64,000 nucleotides of DNA from Leptolyngbyaceae cyanobacterium (GTDB lineage: Bacteria; Cyanobacteriota; Cyanobacteriia; Phormidesmidales; Phormidesmidaceae): assembly GCA_965263355.1 (NCBI GenBank), contig CBDHHL010000056.1:2432001-2496000 (forward strand), in the 5' to 3' direction. Positions 21,490-31,876 of this stretch are shown here, piece by piece. Both the position numbers and the translations under genes were made by a program. How positions within the stretch are numbered: the first letter of the stretch is position 1; each line of letters starts with the position of its first letter. The notes below the pieces were generated by a model. The model did no database searches and was not told the DNA's origin. It saw only the letters and a list, made by a program, of their open reading frames with translations.

Positions 21490-23382
21490 ATGAAGCTTTC
21501 TTGGAGAGTCATTTTGCTCTGGACGCTGCCAGCCCTGTTGATTGGGTTTTTCTTCTGGCAGGGTTCTGTGGGCGGAGACCCCGCAAACATAAGTCGTAAT
21601 ACGGCCAGTACCCGGATGACCTATGGTCGGTTTTTAGATTATTTAGATGCTGGCCGAGTGACGGCGGTTGACCTCTATGATGGTGGCCGCACAGCCATTA
21701 TTGAAGCGGTTGATCCACAGCTAGATGATCGTGTAATGCGCTGGCGTGTGGACTTGCCTGGCAGTGCTCCTGAGTTAGTAGAGCGCCTTCGCGATGCGGA
21801 TATTAGCTTAGATTCCCATCCGCCTCGCAATGATGGTGCTTTAGTAGGCATTTTGGGAAATCTACTGTTTCCCTTTCTATTAATTGCTGGTCTGTTTTTC
21901 CTCTTCCGTCGGTCTAATGGCGGTGTTGGAGGTGGTCCTGGTCAAGCCATGAACTTTGGTAAGTCCAAGGCTCGCTTCATGATGGAAGCCAAGACAGGCA
22001 TCATGTTTGATGATGTGGCCGGGATTGACGAGGCGAAAGAAGAGCTACAGGAAGTCGTAACCTTCTTAAAGAAGCCCGAGCGGTTTACAGCAGTAGGTGC
22101 CCGCATTCCCAAAGGTGTGCTGTTGGTTGGTCCTCCAGGAACCGGTAAAACTCTGCTGGCGAAAGCGATTGCCGGCGAAGCGGGTGTGCCTTTCTTCAGT
22201 ATCTCCGGCTCCGAATTTGTAGAAATGTTTGTGGGTGTGGGTGCCTCTCGCGTTCGCGACCTGTTTAAGAAAGCGAAAGAAAATGCGCCTTGCATCATCT
22301 TTATTGACGAGATTGATGCGGTTGGTCGTTCCCGTGGTTCCGGTATCGGGGGTGGTAACGATGAGCGCGAGCAAACCCTTAACCAAATGCTCACTGAGAT
22401 GGATGGTTTTGAGGGCAATAGCGGCATCATTGTGATTGCAGCAACTAACCGGGTAGATGTGCTGGACTCTGCCTTGTTACGTCCCGGTCGCTTTGACCGC
22501 CAAGTATCGGTTGATCCGCCAGATATCAAGGGCCGTGCGGAAGTATTGGAAGTCCATGCTCGCAATAAGAAATTGGCCGACGAAATTTCGTTGGATGCGA
22601 TCGCTCGTCGCACCCCTGGTTTTACTGGCGCTGACCTAGCCAACTTGCTCAATGAGGCCGCCATTTTAACCGCTCGCCGCCGCAAAGAAGCCATTACCAT
22701 GTTGGAAATTGATGATGCGGTAGACCGTGTGATTGCTGGTATGGAAGGTACGCCTCTAATTGACGGCAAGAGTAAGCGTTTGATTGCTTACCATGAAGTT
22801 GGCCATGCGTTGATTGGTACTTTGGTAAAAGCCCATGATCCCGTACAGAAGGTGACCCTGATTCCCCGTGGTCAGGCCCAGGGTTTGACCTGGTTTACCC
22901 CCAGTGAAGACCAAATGCTGATTTCCCGTGCCCAGCTATTAGCCAGAATTACCGGTGCATTAGGGGGTCGTGCTGCCGAAGACATCGTCTTTGGTGAGGC
23001 TGAGGTGACCACAGGAGCAGGCAATGACTTGCAACAGGTGACTACCATGGCACGGCAGATGGTCACTCGCTTTGGCATGTCCGCCGAGCTAGGAGCGCTA
23101 GCTCTGGAAAATCCTCAGGGTGAAGTCTTTCTTGGCGGTAGTTGGGGAAATCGTTCTGAGTATTCAGAAACCGTCTCCCAACGTATCGACGAACAGGTGC
23201 GCGTCATCGTTGAGCAATGCTACAACAATGCTAAGTGCCTGATCCAGGAAAATCGTGCCGCGATGGATCGAGTCGTAGATATTCTGATCGAAAAAGAAAC
23301 CCTTGACGGAGAAGAGTTCCGTCAAATCGTGGCCGAATACACCACAGTGCCTGAGAAAGAACAGTTTGTCCCTGTTTTGTAA
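21490..23382 (+). CDS. ftsH: ATP-dependent zinc metalloprotease FtsH (FtsH2-like)
   Basis: Two TMs, [20 protein letters not shown] motif, HEVGH; N-terminal [14 protein letters not shown] / RMTYGRFL pattern resembles cyanobacterial FtsH2. Confidence 0.97.
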   Translation: MKLSWRVILLWTLPALLIGFFFWQGSVGGDPANISRNTASTRMTYGRFLDYLDAGRVTAVDLYDGGRTAIIEAVDPQLDDRVMRWRVDLPGSAPELVERLRDADISLDSHPPRNDGALVGILGNLLFPFLLIAGLFFLFRRSNGGVGGGPGQAMNFGKSKARFMMEAKTGIMFDDVAGIDEAKEELQEVVTFLKKPERFTAVGARIPKGVLLVGPPGTGKTLLAKAIAGEAGVPFFSISGSEFVEMFVGVGASRVRDLFKKAKENAPCIIFIDEIDAVGRSRGSGIGGGNDEREQTLNQMLTEMDGFEGNSGIIVIAATNRVDVLDSALLRPGRFDRQVSVDPPDIKGRAEVLEVHARNKKLADEISLDAIARRTPGFTGADLANLLNEAAILTARRRKEAITMLEIDDAVDRVIAGMEGTPLIDGKSKRLIAYHEVGHALIGTLVKAHDPVQKVTLIPRGQAQGLTWFTPSEDQMLISRAQLLARITGALGGRAAEDIVFGEAEVTTGAGNDLQQVTTMARQMVTRFGMSAELGALALENPQGEVFLGGSWGNRSEYSETVSQRIDEQVRVIVEQCYNNAKCLIQENRAAMDRVVDILIEKETLDGEEFRQIVAEYTTVPEKEQFVPVL

Positions 23383-23461
23383 TCAAGACCTCTTTTTAAT
23401 GGCCGATTTTGGCTCAAAATTAGGTCAATCGTAAACTTCCAGACTCTTAAACAGAAACAAC

Positions 23462-23505
23462 AGCAACGGGTGAGGTAGCATCGAGTGCCTCGCCCGTTGC
23501 TATTT
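23462..23505 (+). terminator. Intrinsic terminator of ftsH
   Basis: AGCAACGGGTGAGGT...GCCTCGCCCGTTGCT hairpin followed by ATTTT. Confidence 0.7.
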
Positions 23506-23669
23506 TAAGTTGGCCTATTTGTCCGTAGGGGGAACAACGACAACGCCAATAGCATCTATAACGTTTATCCTGAAACCTATGAAACTAACTGGAAACACAT
23601 ATTTAGTTTTGGGAAATTTAGGTTTTGATACCCATTGTTCCTACTCCCCTCGTTTTTCCAACTTAGATT

Positions 23670-24203
23670 GTGATGAAAAAAGCGATTCTTTTGTCTGCCA
23701 TTGCCGTAATTTCGACGTTAATGGTAGGTCCCTCTGCTGACGCTAATCCTTCCTGTTATATGTTGGATGCCGAGGGAAATACCGTTCACTTAGGCCACCT
23801 ATGTGGAGAAACGAGTAGCGAGACGGAGCCATCAACCTCCAGTTCTATTTCGACTGAGCCAGTGACATCGACGGATCCGGAACCTGCCAATGGCATCGAG
23901 GCTGCTCCCACAGAGGCTGCTCCTACTGAACCTATCTCCACAGAAGCAGATACGATTTATACCCCTGAGTTGATTGCCGAATGGATGGACGGTTGTATAT
24001 ACGGAGCCACAGGTGGTGCCGCCAATGTGTCAGCCGATGCAATCAATTCTGTACAAGCCTATTGTCAATGCACCATTGACACCATGCAAAATAGACACAC
24101 CAGCGACGAATTTGTAGCGATTCTCGATAGTACATTGGCTGGTTCTGTACCCCCTGCACTGCAGGATATTATTGACTACTGTGCGAGCCGTATTTTTGGA
24201 TAA
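23670..24203 (+). CDS. Secreted Cys-containing hypothetical protein
   Basis: Signal peptide; CYMLDAEGNTVHLGHLC motif; S/T/E/P-rich linker; C-terminal domain with four Cys. Confidence 0.7.
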   Translation: MMKKAILLSAIAVISTLMVGPSADANPSCYMLDAEGNTVHLGHLCGETSSETEPSTSSSISTEPVTSTDPEPANGIEAAPTEAAPTEPISTEADTIYTPELIAEWMDGCIYGATGGAANVSADAINSVQAYCQCTIDTMQNRHTSDEFVAILDSTLAGSVPPALQDIIDYCASRIFG

Positions 24204-24237
24204 TCGCTAGAGTTATTTACCTAAAAGAGTCAGGTGT

Positions 24238-25311
24238 ATGCCCAAACTGTATTTAGCAATTACTAATCATGGTTTTGGCCATGCCACGCGAGCCGCGTCA
24301 GTAGCGGTGACGTTGCAACAGCATCGTCCTGACATCGACATTATTTTGGCAACGACGGCTCCTCAATGGCTACTACAGTCTTACCTGCAGCCTGGGCAAG
24401 TAACCTACAGACCAGTGAGTTTTGATATTGGTGTGCTGCAGAGTGACAGTCTGACCATGGATAAGGCCGCCACCTTGGAGAAACTCAAGTGGATTTGTAA
24501 TCATCAGGATGAAATACTTGCGCCAGAAATTGAGTTTATTAAAACCACTGGCATTGATCTGATTTTGGGCGATATTCCCCCCTTGCTGACCCAGCTGGCT
24601 AAGGCGGTAGACCTGCCCTGCTGGATGATGGGTAACTTTGGTTGGGACTTTATCTATCGACCCTGGGGTGGTGAATTTGAAGCCATCGCGGATTGGATTG
24701 CGGATTGTTTTGGGGATTGCGATCGCCTTTTTCGCCTACCCTTCCATGAAGCAATGACAGCATTCCCTAACATCATCGATGTGGGTCTGACGGGGGGCAA
24801 CCCTAAGCTGACCGCTGATGAAATACGGGCCAAGTTTGGTATTACCACCCCCAGCGATCGCACTATTCTGCTCACCTTTGGTGGCTTGGGTCTGGCTCAA
24901 ATCCCCTATGAAAAGGCACTGCCTAGCTATTCTGATTGGCAGTTTATTACCTTTGATCGGCAGGCACCGGACCTGCCCAACCTGATTAAGATTCCAGAGA
25001 CTGGTCTGCGACCTGCGGATCTGATGGTGGTGTGCGATCGCATTGTCTCCAAACCTGGCTATAGCACCTTTGCCGAAGCCTGTCGTCTAGATCGAGGGGT
25101 GCTCACCATCCCCCGTGAAGGGTTTGCTGAAGCCCCTCTTCTACTCAATGGCATCCAACGTCATGCCCATCATCAGATTTTAGGCAGTGATGCTTTTTTT
25201 GATGGCAACTGGTCGTTTTTAGACCAACCGTTAATGCCGCCTACTGGAGACAAGCTATCCCATAATGGCAATGAAGTCATTGCTAATGCTATTAGTGATT
25301 ATTTGACTTAA
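24238..25311 (+). CDS. GT-B glycosyltransferase-like protein (resembles the N-terminal domain of arabinose kinase)
   Basis: ITNHGFGHATR, NFGWDFIY, LLTFGGLG, IVSKPGYSTFAEA. Confidence 0.8.
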   Translation: MPKLYLAITNHGFGHATRAASVAVTLQQHRPDIDIILATTAPQWLLQSYLQPGQVTYRPVSFDIGVLQSDSLTMDKAATLEKLKWICNHQDEILAPEIEFIKTTGIDLILGDIPPLLTQLAKAVDLPCWMMGNFGWDFIYRPWGGEFEAIADWIADCFGDCDRLFRLPFHEAMTAFPNIIDVGLTGGNPKLTADEIRAKFGITTPSDRTILLTFGGLGLAQIPYEKALPSYSDWQFITFDRQAPDLPNLIKIPETGLRPADLMVVCDRIVSKPGYSTFAEACRLDRGVLTIPREGFAEAPLLLNGIQRHAHHQILGSDAFFDGNWSFLDQPLMPPTGDKLSHNGNEVIANAISDYLT

Positions 25312-25359
25312 TATTGCGCAAGACTCAAAATTTTAGGTAATACCAAAATGGTGCATCAA

Positions 25360-26496
25360 CTAGGCAGCTTGCCTGAGTTGGGCATTAACCATGGCCATTT
25401 TGGTGGGCAAGGCATAGTCTTTAGGCAACTGAGTACCAGTCAAAATAGCATTGCTTAAATCTACATCCGTTAGCTCAGTATGACTGAGATCAACGTGACT
25501 GAGGTTGGTATAGGTCAACTTGGCATTCTTTAAGCAAGTGCCCTGTAAATTCGCTTTGCTCAAATTGGCACCACTCAGATCAGCGCCTTGCAAATTCACA
25601 TTTTCTAAATTGGCCTCGCTCAGCATAGTTTTACGACAGTCCGTCTGAGCCAGGTTGCTATTTTGCAGCTGAGCATGACAGAGGCTAGTGCCCACCAAAC
25701 TAGCCCCAGTTAAAATAGCGTTTTGAATCTGTGCGTTGTTCAGATTTGCCTGATTGAGAATCGTCAGATTCAAATTAGCCATCATCAAATTAGCCCCTGT
25801 CAGCAGGGCACCTGTGAGAATGGCGCGATCTAGAATCGCTCTAGCAAAGTTACTGTTACAACCATTCACATCCTCTAAAATCGCCTGGGTAAGATTAGCC
25901 TCACGAAAATCAGCTGCATTTAGATTAGCTTGTCGCAGATTTGCCTGCCGCAGATCCGCCGTATAGAACAGGCTTTTTTGTAAGTTGGTATAGCTCAGAT
26001 TACAGTTATTCATCTGAGTCATACAGCCATCCACACCCTTTAAGGATGCCTCACAAAAATTACTATCACTAAAGATGCCTTCCCGCAGATTGCTTCCCTG
26101 CAAATCTGCCATCACAAAATTGGTGTTCTCGGCTTGCACCCTCAGTAAACTAGCATCTCTAAGGTTAGCCTCACGCATATCCACCCCTGCCAAACGGGCC
26201 AAATCAAGTCGGACCTGGGATAAATTTGCTGTATAGAAAATTGCCTGAGTAAGGTCAGCTTGGAATAGGTTAGCACCCGAGAAATTGCTGATACAACTAT
26301 CTACACCACTCAAGTTCACTCTAGGTAACTCTGCTCGGATGAGCAATGCTTCCCTGAGCTGAGGTGGATGGGGTTCAGTCGCTTTGATGCGACGCCAATG
26401 GTTCCATGCAGCAACTCCCTGCATGATGACAATAATCGGACTTGGAGGCAGCATGGGATTAGGATTCAGGAGTAGATGACCGCTCCCACGTTCCAC
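25360..26496 (-). CDS. Pentapeptide-repeat protein (start uncertain)
   Basis: Long run of A(D/N)Lxx repeats after GVAAWNHWR. Confidence 0.92.
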   Translation of the reverse strand: MERGSGHLLLNPNPMLPPSPIIVIMQGVAAWNHWRRIKATEPHPPQLREALLIRAELPRVNLSGVDSCISNFSGANLFQADLTQAIFYTANLSQVRLDLARLAGVDMREANLRDASLLRVQAENTNFVMADLQGSNLREGIFSDSNFCEASLKGVDGCMTQMNNCNLSYTNLQKSLFYTADLRQANLRQANLNAADFREANLTQAILEDVNGCNSNFARAILDRAILTGALLTGANLMMANLNLTILNQANLNNAQIQNAILTGASLVGTSLCHAQLQNSNLAQTDCRKTMLSEANLENVNLQGADLSGANLSKANLQGTCLKNAKLTYTNLSHVDLSHTELTDVDLSNAILTGTQLPKDYALPTKMAMVNAQLRQAA

Positions 26497-26953
26497 ATCT
26501 CAGTTTTTTAAGTGAAAACACCTAGTGGACGTGGCTTTAAGCTTTAAAAAAGCACCTGGTATTTGTAAGTTCAAGATTCCCGACTGAGCCATTGATACAA
26601 CGCTCATTCGGTATAAACTTTAGGTTGCTCATCATCAAGCTATTGGTCCGTCAAGCCTAAGATTTAGGATAAAGCTAGTAAAGAGTGAAGAGTCAGGCGG
26701 GATGAAGAGTAACTCTTTACCCTATAGCTGTGGGGACATAGCTGACGCTAATACTCTTCATCAATACAGAACCTAATTTTTAGCGTTGACGCTGCGTTAG
26801 TCTGGTTTAGCTGTGACAAAACACTAAGCTCATCATTGTCGGACGTTACATTAGCTTGACCTTAGGGAAAACTATAGGTTTTAACTGGGTCGTGATGAAA
26901 GTCCTGCTCTATGCTGAAAAGCATTATGAGTCTCGATTTCAGAGGGCATCGCC

Positions 26954-27397
26954 ATGACTCCTACCACATCAACGTCCGTGCATTATCAGACTGTGCTCAG
27001 GTTAGAAACTCGTCCTAAATCGTTACAGCGCTTTACGATGCAGGTGCAGGATGCTGTTCGTGAATCTCGTGTACGCACTGGGCTATGTTGCCTATTTTTA
27101 CGTCACACCTCAGCCAGCTTAGTGATCCAGGAAAATGCAGATCCTGATGTATTAGTTGATATGGAAAACTTTTTAGCCAAACTCATCCCAGAGGGCAATT
27201 ACTATCACCACAGCGCCGAAGGTCCCGATGATATGCCTGCCCATTTACGCACAGCATTAACCCACACATCTGAGCAAATTCCTATCATGAATGGTCGATT
27301 AGCTCTAGGGACCTGGCAAGGAATTTATGTGTGGGAGCACCGTAACCATGGCTATCGCCGTGACGTAGTAGTACATATTACAGGTGAAGCCTGGTAA
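26954..27397 (+). CDS. yjbQ: YjbQ/UPF0047 family protein
   Basis: HTSASLVIQENADPDV, EGPDDMPAH, LGTWQGIYVWEHR. Confidence 0.92.
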   Translation: MTPTTSTSVHYQTVLRLETRPKSLQRFTMQVQDAVRESRVRTGLCCLFLRHTSASLVIQENADPDVLVDMENFLAKLIPEGNYYHHSAEGPDDMPAHLRTALTHTSEQIPIMNGRLALGTWQGIYVWEHRNHGYRRDVVVHITGEAW

Positions 27398-28358
27398 GGA
27401 AATCGTTGAGAACGACAAAACAAGCATGACCATTAATCTGGGGGGAACCCCAACACCGCCACCGGGGTTTCGTTCAGGATTTGTTGGCATTGTGGGACGC
27501 CCCAATGTAGGTAAGTCAACACTGATGAATACCCTGGTCGGGCAAAAGATTGCGATTACCTCACCGGTTGCCCAAACTACGAGGAATCGACTGCGGGGGG
27601 TGATGACCTTACCGAATGCTCAGGTAATTTTTGTGGATACCCCTGGTATTCATAAGCCCCACCACGAGCTGGGCAAAGTGCTGGTAAAGAATGCGCGCAT
27701 TGCCATTAATTCGGTGGATGTCACCCTATTTGTAGTGGATGGAACCAGTGAGTTAGGCCGTGGTGATCTGTTTATTGCGGATTTGTTAAAGCGAAGCGAA
27801 GTGCCGATTGTTTTAGGCATTAACAAAGCTGATTTGCAGCCCGATACTAAAGCTCAGATGATTGATATTAGCTATCACTCTATCGCTGAAGAAAATGGCT
27901 GGCCTGTGTGTAAATTTTCAGCCGTGACGGAAACGGGTTTAGATGATCTGAAACGTTGTTTAATTGAGCAGTTGGATGTTGGTCCTTATTATTATCCACC
28001 TGATTTGGTAACAGACCAACCGGAACGGTTTATTATGGGCGAGCTGATTCGGGAGCAGGTGTTGCTTCACACTCGCGAAGAGGTTCCTCATTCGGTGGCA
28101 GTTACTATTGAGCGGGTGGAAGAGACTCCCTCGATTACCAATGTGTTGGCAACAGTTTTTGTGGAACGAAATTCTCAGAAGGGTATTTTGATTGGCAAAA
28201 AGGGATCGATGATGAAGACGATCAATACAGCAGCCCGTGAGCAAATGCAAAAGTTGATTGCTGGCAAGGTGTATTTAGAGGTGTTTGTGAAGGTACAATC
28301 ACGTTGGCGACAGTCGCGATCGCACCTGGCGGACCTAGGCTATCGAGTGGAAGAGTAG
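27384..28358 (+). CDS. era: GTPase Era (start GTG 27384 or ATG 27426)
   Basis: GRPNVGKS, QTTR, DTPG, NKAD, KH domain with EEVPH...SQKGILIGKKG. Confidence 0.96.
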   Translation: MKPGKEIVENDKTSMTINLGGTPTPPPGFRSGFVGIVGRPNVGKSTLMNTLVGQKIAITSPVAQTTRNRLRGVMTLPNAQVIFVDTPGIHKPHHELGKVLVKNARIAINSVDVTLFVVDGTSELGRGDLFIADLLKRSEVPIVLGINKADLQPDTKAQMIDISYHSIAEENGWPVCKFSAVTETGLDDLKRCLIEQLDVGPYYYPPDLVTDQPERFIMGELIREQVLLHTREEVPHSVAVTIERVEETPSITNVLATVFVERNSQKGILIGKKGSMMKTINTAAREQMQKLIAGKVYLEVFVKVQSRWRQSRSHLADLGYRVEE

Positions 28359-28399
28359 AGCAGTTTTTAATCAAGCTGTAGCCCCCTTTGGGCTACCAT

Positions 28400-29431
28400 T
28401 CAGCCCGCTGCTCGAATAGCCTGCATCATTCCGTCTGCATATCGTGCAGCGATCTCCCTCTCATTATCGGTTAACCGGCTCAAAATCTCTTCAAGTAGTA
28501 AGTGAGTCCCTTCAATAATCATCTGCCAAGGGAGGCCAATACCTTTGAAGATGTAAGTACAAAAAAACACCAGCTCTTTTTCAATGACATCCAATCTTCC
28601 CTGCAGTAAACATAACCATAGATAAACTTGGAACATACCAAAGTCGCGCAGTGACGAACGCCTTATCTTTATGGTGTTTATGCCTCCTCTAGGCCCAGCA
28701 TACGTATTAAACTGTTTACTCCATCGTCTATAGGCGGCCAAAGAAATATCAGAGAGACTCACCAGCATTCTCTCAATTAGTTGGTATTGCGGCGCAAGCT
28801 GATCACATTGGGCGGCTACCAGACAAAGCTGAGACCAAGGAATAGAGACATATTCTTCTAACAGATCGCAATAGGGTTTGAGCATTGCCTGCTCTACAGG
28901 GTCTAAAACAGACAGTAGAGAAGCGCTCGTCAGACTAATTTGAGATGTGAGAAAACATTGAACTAGCCAATCTTTTGACGCAGAATGTTGAGTCTGAAAC
29001 TCTGAAAAGCAGGTTTCTAGATGGTTAGCTAACGTATGAATGGTAGGAAGGCCAAACTGCACTACAGAAGAAGCTCCTGCTGTAGTATTAACTTTGGATG
29101 AATAAACTACCAGTGGTTTTTGTTGTTGATAACACTGTAAAAGGACAGGAATAGTTTGAATTGTAAATTTAGATAAATCTACGGTGTCGTTAAACTGTAA
29201 ATACTCATGCTGCAAATATAAGCTTTTAGTTCTAGCTGCCGCTGCATGAGAGGCTTCTTTTATCAGTCTTTCAGGCAATTTTGCCAGTGTTTTCTTACGA
29301 CCAGTATCAGAGGCTACGAACTCTAATGAATATTTTCTAAAGTCAGCTTCAGTGGTAGATATATCATTTACTGTAGCAACATATCTAGCTCTCCAAATAT
29401 CTAACAAACGTTGAGGTATAGATGCTTGCAA
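28400..29431 (-). CDS. Cyanobacterial hypothetical protein with phycobiliprotein/globin-like C-terminal region
   Basis: 343-aa ORF; SSLRDFGMFQVYLWLCLLQG..IEKEL..IFKGIGLPW resembles the RD-x3-(Y/F)...G...L...LG.P pattern of phycobiliprotein folds. Confidence 0.6.
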   Translation of the reverse strand: MQASIPQRLLDIWRARYVATVNDISTTEADFRKYSLEFVASDTGRKKTLAKLPERLIKEASHAAAARTKSLYLQHEYLQFNDTVDLSKFTIQTIPVLLQCYQQQKPLVVYSSKVNTTAGASSVVQFGLPTIHTLANHLETCFSEFQTQHSASKDWLVQCFLTSQISLTSASLLSVLDPVEQAMLKPYCDLLEEYVSIPWSQLCLVAAQCDQLAPQYQLIERMLVSLSDISLAAYRRWSKQFNTYAGPRGGINTIKIRRSSLRDFGMFQVYLWLCLLQGRLDVIEKELVFFCTYIFKGIGLPWQMIIEGTHLLLEEILSRLTDNEREIAARYADGMMQAIRAAG

Positions 29432-29663
29432 ATACTGAAAATTATTTTGCGTACTTATTCTAAAGTCAGTACAAAAGTTTTTTACCTATACTCTAGTCTG
29501 CTCAACTATCCGGACAATTATTAGTTCACGATGAAAAGATAAAACTTACAATGATTCTTCAGTAGTATTGCGGTCTATTGGAAGCACATATATCGCAACC
29601 AAGGTTCAAACTGCTCTCTGGTATATCTTGACCGATCTCCCCCGCTCAAATAAACCTTAGCAG

Positions 29664-29681
29664 CCTACCGATATCGGTAGG
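29664..29681. terminator. Perfect 18-bp palindrome downstream of dnaB (possible terminator)
   Basis: CCTACCGATATCGGTAGG. Confidence 0.5.
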
Positions 29682-29722
29682 TGTAGAACTCAGTTATTGA
29701 GCAGAAAAACCCTCTGTTTTCC

Positions 29723-31627
29723 TTACGAATTGGGCTTTGCAAGATTCCTGAAAAGAGTATACTGTGGCTCAAATAACAATTTCACTGTACCGGTTGGACC
29801 ATTACGGTGTTTGGCGATAATCACCTCTGCAAGACCCCGATCAGGCGTATCGGGATCGTAATATTCTTCGCGATATAGCATCATAATTAGATCTGCGTCC
29901 TGCTCAATCGAGCCAGAGTTATGCGAAACAATACCGTTTCCTACCCAAGAGGCTGGACCTGGCACAGTTAGATCATAGACTACCTCTTCTCCAACAAACT
30001 CAATAGAGACAACCGTGTCCCAAACAGTCTGTGAATGAGTAAATTTGTTTATTTCTGACCTATGGTAGGACCCAATGCTAGACAGTACTGCTCGGGACTG
30101 TCTCAAGTTGTTATGGAATGATCTGGCGTAAGATTTACCTTGTAATGCTATAAATTCGTTTTCTGAGAGTTGATTCATTCGAGGCATGTGGTTTGCAACT
30201 GCAAGACGTTCACCTACTTTGATGTCTTGTAAACGTTGCCATCCATCAAAGGTATAAAGACGATGCTTATTGGTTGCTTTGAGTTTTCGCCCGCTAGCGG
30301 TAGTGATTTCATAAACTGATTTTCTGCCTACTTTCCACACTAAATCAGTTTTTGCTTCAACCAACTTACCGTGAGCATCTATCGCAATGACGTCAGGGGT
30401 TTGCCCAACCAGATCTGCTATGGGTATACGCCTACCGTCTGCTAACCAGACGAGCGTATCTCCGGTTACACATTCTCTTAGATCGCTCATCATGGGGCGT
30501 TTGTTAGTACGTGACTCAACACCACGGCTGAGCTGAGAAAGAGAAACAATTGGCACATTGAGTTCTCTGGCGAGACCTTTTAGCGATCGCGTTATTTTGG
30601 ACAGTTCCTGCACCCGGTTATCGCTACTACCTTCCATCAACTGCAGATAGTCGATCAGGATAAGGCCCAATGCACCACCATTTTCAGCCTTAAGACGACG
30701 GCATTTAGAGCGCATCTCAGTGACTGAAATATTGGGAGTGTCATCGATAAAGATAGGAATCTGCGATAGCGAACTAATGGCATGGCCCAACGGTTCCCAT
30801 TCATGCTGGCCAATACGCCCAGTACGCAGACGACCGCTTTCAATCCTGGCCTCTGACGACAGCAGACGATATACTAGCTGCTGCTTAGACATTTCCAAAC
30901 TAAAGACAGCCACTGGCTGCTTATGGCCACCTGCGATATTACGAGCCACATTGAGCACGAATGAGGTTTTTCCCATGGCCGGGCGTCCAGCAGCGATTAT
31001 CAGGTCAGAACGCTGAAACCCCTGGGTCATAGCATCTAAATCATAAAACCCACAGGACAGACCGGGCAGCACCATACCCATGGACCGTTGTTCAATATCG
31101 TCAAAGGTTTCGGTCAGGATGTCCGATGTAGCGGTGAGCCCTTGCTGGGGGCGCTCTTGGGTAAGACCAAAGATTTTTTGTTCCGACTGATCCAGGACCA
31201 TTTCCAATGCGGTCTCAGTTTCATAACCCAGCTGGGCAATTTCCCCACCGACTTGGATCAGCTTACGACGAGTGTATTTATCCATCACCAGTTTGGCATA
31301 CTGGTCAATGTTGGCAGAGCTGATGGTACGGTCAAACAGCTGGGCCAGTCGAGCCTGTCCCCCGGCTTTTTCCAGCAGGCTGTGATCTTTCAGCCAGGAG
31401 GCAACGGTCATCAGGTCGGTGGGTTTGCCTTTTGCCTGGAGATCAACGGCGGCGCGATATATCTCACGATGTCCAGCAATATAAAAGGCATCGAGGACCA
31501 AAATTTCAGTCACGCGACCCATGGCTTCTGGGTCCAGCAAAATGCCCCCTAAAATGGCTTCTTCGGCATCGATATTCTGAGGCGGTAGGCGATCAAAATT
31601 TGCTTGAAACTGACGTTCTTGACCCAT
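29723..31627 (-). CDS. dnaB: Replicative DNA helicase DnaB containing an intein
   Basis: LPPQNIDAEEAILGG, GRPAMGKT, IDYLQL, LSQLSRGVESR..KRP..SDLRE-[intein]-SGSIEQDAD, AKHRNGPTG; ATG 31627 chosen as start. Confidence 0.97.
   Translation of the reverse strand: MGQERQFQANFDRLPPQNIDAEEAILGGILLDPEAMGRVTEILVLDAFYIAGHREIYRAAVDLQAKGKPTDLMTVASWLKDHSLLEKAGGQARLAQLFDRTISSANIDQYAKLVMDKYTRRKLIQVGGEIAQLGYETETALEMVLDQSEQKIFGLTQERPQQGLTATSDILTETFDDIEQRSMGMVLPGLSCGFYDLDAMTQGFQRSDLIIAAGRPAMGKTSFVLNVARNIAGGHKQPVAVFSLEMSKQQLVYRLLSSEARIESGRLRTGRIGQHEWEPLGHAISSLSQIPIFIDDTPNISVTEMRSKCRRLKAENGGALGLILIDYLQLMEGSSDNRVQELSKITRSLKGLARELNVPIVSLSQLSRGVESRTNKRPMMSDLRECVTGDTLVWLADGRRIPIADLVGQTPDVIAIDAHGKLVEAKTDLVWKVGRKSVYEITTASGRKLKATNKHRLYTFDGWQRLQDIKVGERLAVANHMPRMNQLSENEFIALQGKSYARSFHNNLRQSRAVLSSIGSYHRSEINKFTHSQTVWDTVVSIEFVGEEVVYDLTVPGPASWVGNGIVSHNSGSIEQDADLIMMLYREEYYDPDTPDRGLAEVIIAKHRNGPTGTVKLLFEPQYTLFRNLAKPNS
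29918..30472 (-). mobile_element. DnaB mini-intein (185 aa, no homing endonuclease)
   Basis: Starts CVTGDT (block A), ATNKHRL (block B TxxH), VYDLTVPG (block F), ends SHN followed by +1 Ser; no LAGLIDADG motifs. Confidence 0.95.
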
Positions 31628-31812
31628 GACAATCTTCAGACGATACGACAGGTGATACACACCCAAATGGGCTGAAACTTATAACTGTTTGAGCAGTAAG
31701 CCCCTGGTTTTAGACATGAAAAAAGACAAGGGGGGAGCAATCGGTGGCATGGAAAATGCTTGAAGTGCATGCCAGTTAATCGTGCTAATTATCCGGCCAC
31801 TCCCTGCTTACA

Positions 31813-31842
31813 ATTATCCTAGATACACATATGTAGTGTCAA
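31813..31842 (-). promoter_or_regulatory. Sigma70-type promoter pointing to dnaB
   Basis: Minus strand TTGACA (31842-31837), 18-bp spacer, GATAAT (31818-31813). Confidence 0.6.
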
Positions 31843-31876
31843 GTGAGACTGCAAAACTCTACATGTAGAGTTTTGC
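31824..31876. promoter_or_regulatory. Tandem NrdR-box-like operators
   Basis: TACACATATGTAGTGT (31824-31839) and ACTCTACATGTAGAGT (31856-31871), starts 32 bp apart; the second lies inside a perfect 26-bp palindrome at 31851-31876. Confidence 0.6.

Noticed and set aside
19630..22769. Antisense ORFs of 301 aa (over gltX) and 275 aa (over ftsH)
   Set aside because: They overlap highly conserved genes on the opposite strand and show no protein-family features.
26497..26953. Possible riboswitch or ncRNA between the pentapeptide gene and yjbQ
   Set aside because: No recognisable TPP, cobalamin, glutamine or other conserved motif by eye; an Rfam scan would be needed.
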